Virus record (IMG/VR): IMGVR_UViG_3300022928_000007 | From: an uncultured virus (IMG/VR IMGVR_UViG_3300022928_000007) | Taxonomy: Duplodnaviria; Heunggongvirae; Uroviricota; Caudoviricetes | Reading direction: 5' to 3' (one strand) | DNA: 20,000 bases | Shown: positions 16,757-20,000 of the stretch, in pieces | Layout of the letters: each line of letters begins with the position of its first letter | Position numbering within the stretch: the stretch's first letter is position 1 | Position numbers and translations under genes: made by a program | The notes under the pieces: model-generated | Database searches by the model: none | What the model saw: only the letters and a program-made list of their open reading frames with translations | What the model was told of the DNA's origin: nothing

Positions 16757-17893
16757 ATGAAAATTAAATTAGAATATATTTGGTTAGATGGGTATAAACC
16801 CGAACCAAATCTTAGAAGTAAAGTAAAGGTTGTAGATGCACCTACCCATGAAGTTAAGGGTAAAACATTACACGGAATAACATTAAAAGATTGTCCTCAA
16901 TGGGGATTTGATGGTTCATCAACTAAACAGGCTGAAGGTAATTTTTCTGATTGTATCTTAAATCCTGTTAGGTTATATCCTAATCCACTTAACAAAGGTA
17001 TATTAGATTCATACCTTGTTTTTTGTGAAGTTATGAATCCTGATGGTACTCCACATGAGTCTAATACTCGTAATTTATTAGGTAAGGAAGATGATAAAGA
17101 CTTATGGTTTGGTTTCGAACAAGAATATACCATCATGAAAGACAGTAAACCTATCGGATTCCCAAAAGATGGATTCCCTGAACCTCAAGGTAAGTATTAC
17201 TGTGGTGTTGGTAATGGTCAAGTAAACGGTAGATTATTCGTTGAACAACATATGGAAAATTGTATTATGGCAGGTATTGAAGTTACAGGTACTAATGCTG
17301 AAGTAATGTTAGGTCAATGGGAATACCAAGTATTAGGTAAAGGTAAACTAAAATCAGGTGATGACCTTTGGGTATCGAGATATATTTTAAATCAAATGTC
17401 AGAGGATTATGGTTTTAAAATAGAATACCACCCTAAACCTGTAACTGGTGATTGGAATGGTTCAGGATTACATTGTAACTTTTCTAATATTAAAATGAGA
17501 GAAGAAGGGGGTAAAGAATATTTTGATGCAATATTTAAAACATTTGAGTCAAGACATATTGAACACATAAAATGTTATGGTTCTTCAAATGACATGAGGT
17601 TAACTGGTGACCACGAAACTCAATCAATTCATAAATTTAGTTGGGGAGTATCGGACAGAGGAGCATCAATTAGAGTTCCAATATCCACAGAAAAAGAATG
17701 GAAGGGATATGTTGAAGACAGGAGACCTGCTTCTAACGCAGACCCCTATAAAATCATTAACATTATTAATGAATCTATAAATAACGCAGAAGAACTATAC
17801 AAAACATTACACAATATGTATAGCGATGTAAAAGTAAGTGATGAAGTCAAAGAAATGGTTTTGACTGAACCATTAGAAAGAGATACTGAATAA
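16757..17893 (+). CDS. glnII: Glutamine synthetase type II
   Basis: LEYIWLDG, LRSK, WGFDGSST, WFGFEQEY, PQGKYYCGVG, NAEVMLGQWEYQ, HPKP..GDWNGSGLHCNFS, RLTGDHET, DRGASIRVP, GYVEDRRPASNADPY. Confidence 0.95.
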   Translation: MKIKLEYIWLDGYKPEPNLRSKVKVVDAPTHEVKGKTLHGITLKDCPQWGFDGSSTKQAEGNFSDCILNPVRLYPNPLNKGILDSYLVFCEVMNPDGTPHESNTRNLLGKEDDKDLWFGFEQEYTIMKDSKPIGFPKDGFPEPQGKYYCGVGNGQVNGRLFVEQHMENCIMAGIEVTGTNAEVMLGQWEYQVLGKGKLKSGDDLWVSRYILNQMSEDYGFKIEYHPKPVTGDWNGSGLHCNFSNIKMREEGGKEYFDAIFKTFESRHIEHIKCYGSSNDMRLTGDHETQSIHKFSWGVSDRGASIRVPISTEKEWKGYVEDRRPASNADPYKIINIINESINNAEELYKTLHNMYSDVKVSDEVKEMVLTEPLERDTE

Positions 17894-18267
17894 TGGAAAA
17901 AAAAGATAATATAGTTGATAAGGATAGATACCAACTACCTAATGAAATATTAACTTATGTTAGTAAAATTATGGGTGGTACAGGTAATCATTCCTTACCA
18001 ACTGTTATCGAAACAGAGTTTTATACTAAAGATGCTTTAGATAGAATTTTAGAGAAAAATAAAATAGTATCATCGTATAAAACTTATGATGGTGATAATA
18101 TAACCTTAATAGATGGTCTTATACGATTTTCGGACAGTATTAGTTTTTTATATTTTATAAAAAGAAAAGATGAAAATACTTATAAGTTTTACACCATATG
18201 TAAAGAAGAATCTTCTAATGGTATGATATTCTTCTTGAATAGTTATAAAAAATTTAAAACAATTTAA
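17893..18267 (+). CDS. Hypothetical protein
   Basis: 124-aa ORF coupled to the glnII stop (TAATG). Confidence 0.7.
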   Translation: MEKKDNIVDKDRYQLPNEILTYVSKIMGGTGNHSLPTVIETEFYTKDALDRILEKNKIVSSYKTYDGDNITLIDGLIRFSDSISFLYFIKRKDENTYKFYTICKEESSNGMIFFLNSYKKFKTI

Positions 18268-18270
18268 AAA

Positions 18271-18591
18271 ATGAAAATATTAAATTCTCAAGAACTACAA
18301 GAAAAAATTGACAGCGGAGAAAAATTCATTGTAGATATGTATGCCGATTGGTGTGGTCCTTGTCGAATGTTATCAAAAGTGATTGATAATGTTGATAAAA
18401 AATTAACAGAGGAAAATCATTCAGTCAATATCTACAAATTCAATATTGAATCAGATAAAGATATGTCTGTTAAATTAGGTGTACGTTCAATACCCGTTCT
18501 ATTAGCGTTTAACGAAGGTAAAAATGTCCAAACTAAAATAGGATTAGTACAAGAAAACGTGATAGTAGAAATGGCTAATTCCATACTTTAA
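18271..18591 (+). CDS. trxA: Thioredoxin
   Basis: DMYADWCGPC active site, GVRSIP cis-Pro loop, 106 aa. Confidence 0.93.
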   Translation: MKILNSQELQEKIDSGEKFIVDMYADWCGPCRMLSKVIDNVDKKLTEENHSVNIYKFNIESDKDMSVKLGVRSIPVLLAFNEGKNVQTKIGLVQENVIVEMANSIL

Positions 18592-18599
18592 ATTTTACA

Positions 18600-18884
18600 A
18601 TGAAAAAAGTAGTATTATATACGATGAAAGGTTGTCCTCACTGTGATGAGATGAAACAAAAATTAATTGAGTCTAAAATAAGATTCACTCAAAGAGATAT
18701 TCATAAATTTGAAAAAGAATATGATTTGTTTGTCGAGGCAACCGGTAGTGAGTATATACCTGCATTCATGTTGTTAAACATTGGAAAAAATAATAAGACA
18801 TCAGACGTAAAATTAATGGTACCTGATGATGACTTTGATGATTTAGATGAAGCTTTGTATAAGGTGAGAAGATATTTAGACTAA
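18600..18884 (+). CDS. Glutaredoxin/NrdH-like redoxin
   Basis: VVLYTMKGCPHC active site, YIPAF cis-Pro loop, 94 aa. Confidence 0.85.
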   Translation: MKKVVLYTMKGCPHCDEMKQKLIESKIRFTQRDIHKFEKEYDLFVEATGSEYIPAFMLLNIGKNNKTSDVKLMVPDDDFDDLDEALYKVRRYLD

Positions 18885-19742
18885 TATCATCTCACCTACT
18901 TTATCTTTTATTTTCCATATATTCTCATTACTTATGATTTCTTCTTCAAAATCATAATTCTCTAAATCCCATCTTGATATAATTTTATTAGGTTCAAATG
19001 TAAATAAATCTAATATTAGTGATTCCAACCATTCTGTACTAGTTATTAAACTTTTAGAAGTTATCTTAAGACTTAGGTTTTCCCAGTTGATGGATTCAAA
19101 ATCTGAATCTGTAAAAAATTCAATATTTATATCCTTACACAAATTTCTTTCAAAAATATTATATATTATATAGTTGAAGTAAGAGTCAAATAACTTACTA
19201 GATTTTAGATGTTTACCATATTTTTCAGAAGAATAAAAACTTTCAGATAGATTATTAAGGTTTACAATTTTATAGTCATCAAAATTACTGATGATATTAT
19301 TTAAATTCTGAGAATTATATTTTTTATTTATAAGTAGAGTATTTAAATCTGTACACGCGGTCAATCTATAATCTAAACCATTTAACGTGTCGTTATAAGT
19401 TATTTTATTTAAGTTATTGATAAAGTCATCTTTAATATAAGTTTTATTAATATAAATTGGGTCTTCTTTGATAACCTGACTATATTCTATCAAATCAACA
19501 ACATTAAATGTAATTGATTTATTAAATAATTTTTGATAGTACGAATTAAATAGTTTGGAAAAGTTTAAAGGGGTACTATGTGTTGTGATGCCTTTAACCA
19601 CTACAAAATTTCCATTGTTTATTACTTGTATATTTGTTTTATGATTTTTTGTTTCTTTATTTATTTCAGTAATTATTTTATTAGCTAATAAATTAGTTAA
19701 CTTTTTACCGTTAGAATAAGTTTCTATAATTTGATTCGACAT
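18876..19742 (-). CDS. Degenerate S-adenosylmethionine synthetase (MetK)-like protein
   Basis: Four blocks align in order by eye with the MetK N- and C-terminal domains. Catalytic motifs are absent (see findings). Confidence 0.6.
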   Translation of the reverse strand: MSNQIIETYSNGKKLTNLLANKIITEINKETKNHKTNIQVINNGNFVVVKGITTHSTPLNFSKLFNSYYQKLFNKSITFNVVDLIEYSQVIKEDPIYINKTYIKDDFINNLNKITYNDTLNGLDYRLTACTDLNTLLINKKYNSQNLNNIISNFDDYKIVNLNNLSESFYSSEKYGKHLKSSKLFDSYFNYIIYNIFERNLCKDINIEFFTDSDFESINWENLSLKITSKSLITSTEWLESLILDLFTFEPNKIISRWDLENYDFEEEIISNENIWKIKDKVGEMILV

Positions 19743-19843
19743 ATTAAATGACTTTTAAATATTTATTGATTGAATGATAAAAAAAATTACTCAAAGGATA
19801 AATACAAATCAGTATTTAAATTAGATATAAACTTCTTTACGAG

Positions 19844-19851
19844 TATTTATA
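19844..19851 (+). promoter_or_regulatory. TATTTATA motif, candidate late promoter
   Basis: Intergenic, 29 nt upstream of ATG 19881. Confidence 0.5.
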
Positions 19852-19880
19852 ATATAAGATAAAACCTTTTAAATTCATAC

Positions 19881-20000
19881 ATGGCTAAAGACGTAAGAAT
19901 AGTACCACAACCCACAGGAACTACACTTCCTTATATTTTATTTGAAAATGCAAATGGTGATGTTATGTCACTTAATGTTAGTGATGATGGTCGCATAGTA
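19881..20000 (+). CDS. 5' end of a gene running off the window, possibly structural
   Basis: Open frame MAKDVRIVPQPTGTTLPYILFENANGDVMSLNVSDDGRIV..., beta-rich composition. Confidence 0.6.
   Translation, partial: MAKDVRIVPQPTGTTLPYILFENANGDVMSLNVSDDGRIV

Noticed and set aside
12753..17893. Eukaryotic or giant-virus (NCLDV) origin suggested by PLOD, GSII and LRR
   Set aside because: Overlapping operons, a bacterial terminator, Bacteroidota promoters, an amidase fold, PcfJ and Hc1 all favour a bacteriophage.
584..17934. Short alternative-frame ORFs in the track (584-826, 2355-2600, 3155-3337, 4701-4934, 5016-5210, 5290-5487, 5789-5977, 11275-11460, 15938-16162, 16535-16729, 16897-17136, 17746-17934)
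   Set aside because: They lie antisense to or inside longer, well-supported genes and show shadow-frame composition.
18876..19742. Calling this gene metK or a pseudogene
   Set aside because: The catalytic motifs are missing, so metK is not justified. The frame is intact with no stops or frameshifts, so pseudogene is not supported either.
1..20000. Stop-codon recoding as in some huge phages
   Set aside because: Genes are full length and densely packed under the standard code. TAA, TGA and TAG all end plausible genes.
1..20000. tRNA, rRNA, integrase or transposase
   Set aside because: No cloverleaf-like GC-rich segment or mobile-element motif was seen. Intergenic gaps are short and AT-rich.

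Overview
Very AT-rich, gene-dense 20 kb segment that reads as part of a large (jumbo/huge) tailed-phage genome. The probable host is a Bacteroidota (Flavobacteria-like) bacterium: there are no Shine-Dalgarno sequences, a consensus TTTG-N19-TAnnTTTG promoter is present, and Bacteroidota-type Hc1 and GSII genes occur. No capsid, terminase or polymerase hallmark gene is in the window, so the phage call is an inference. Left part (1-5.6 kb): membrane/coiled-coil protein, Amidase_2-fold protein with apparently substituted catalytic residues, an envelope-spanning protein ending in an outer-membrane beta-signal, and acidic, probably head-packaged proteins, several behind a recurring TATTTAT(A/T) motif. 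Middle and right: Hc1 histone-like protein, DnaJ, a secreted MORN/YwqK-like protein behind 11-bp direct repeats, a D12 adenine methyltransferase, an LRR protein, a PLOD-type glycosyltransferase without hydroxylase, PcfJ-like and YubB-like proteins, glutamine synthetase II, thioredoxin and a glutaredoxin-like protein. Most notable: an apparently catalytically dead S-adenosylmethionine synthetase (MetK)-like protein, no GATC found in a manual scan of the window, a candidate new single-chain spanin architecture, and a Pho-box-like array. All family calls are from motif recognition by eye; no searches were run.
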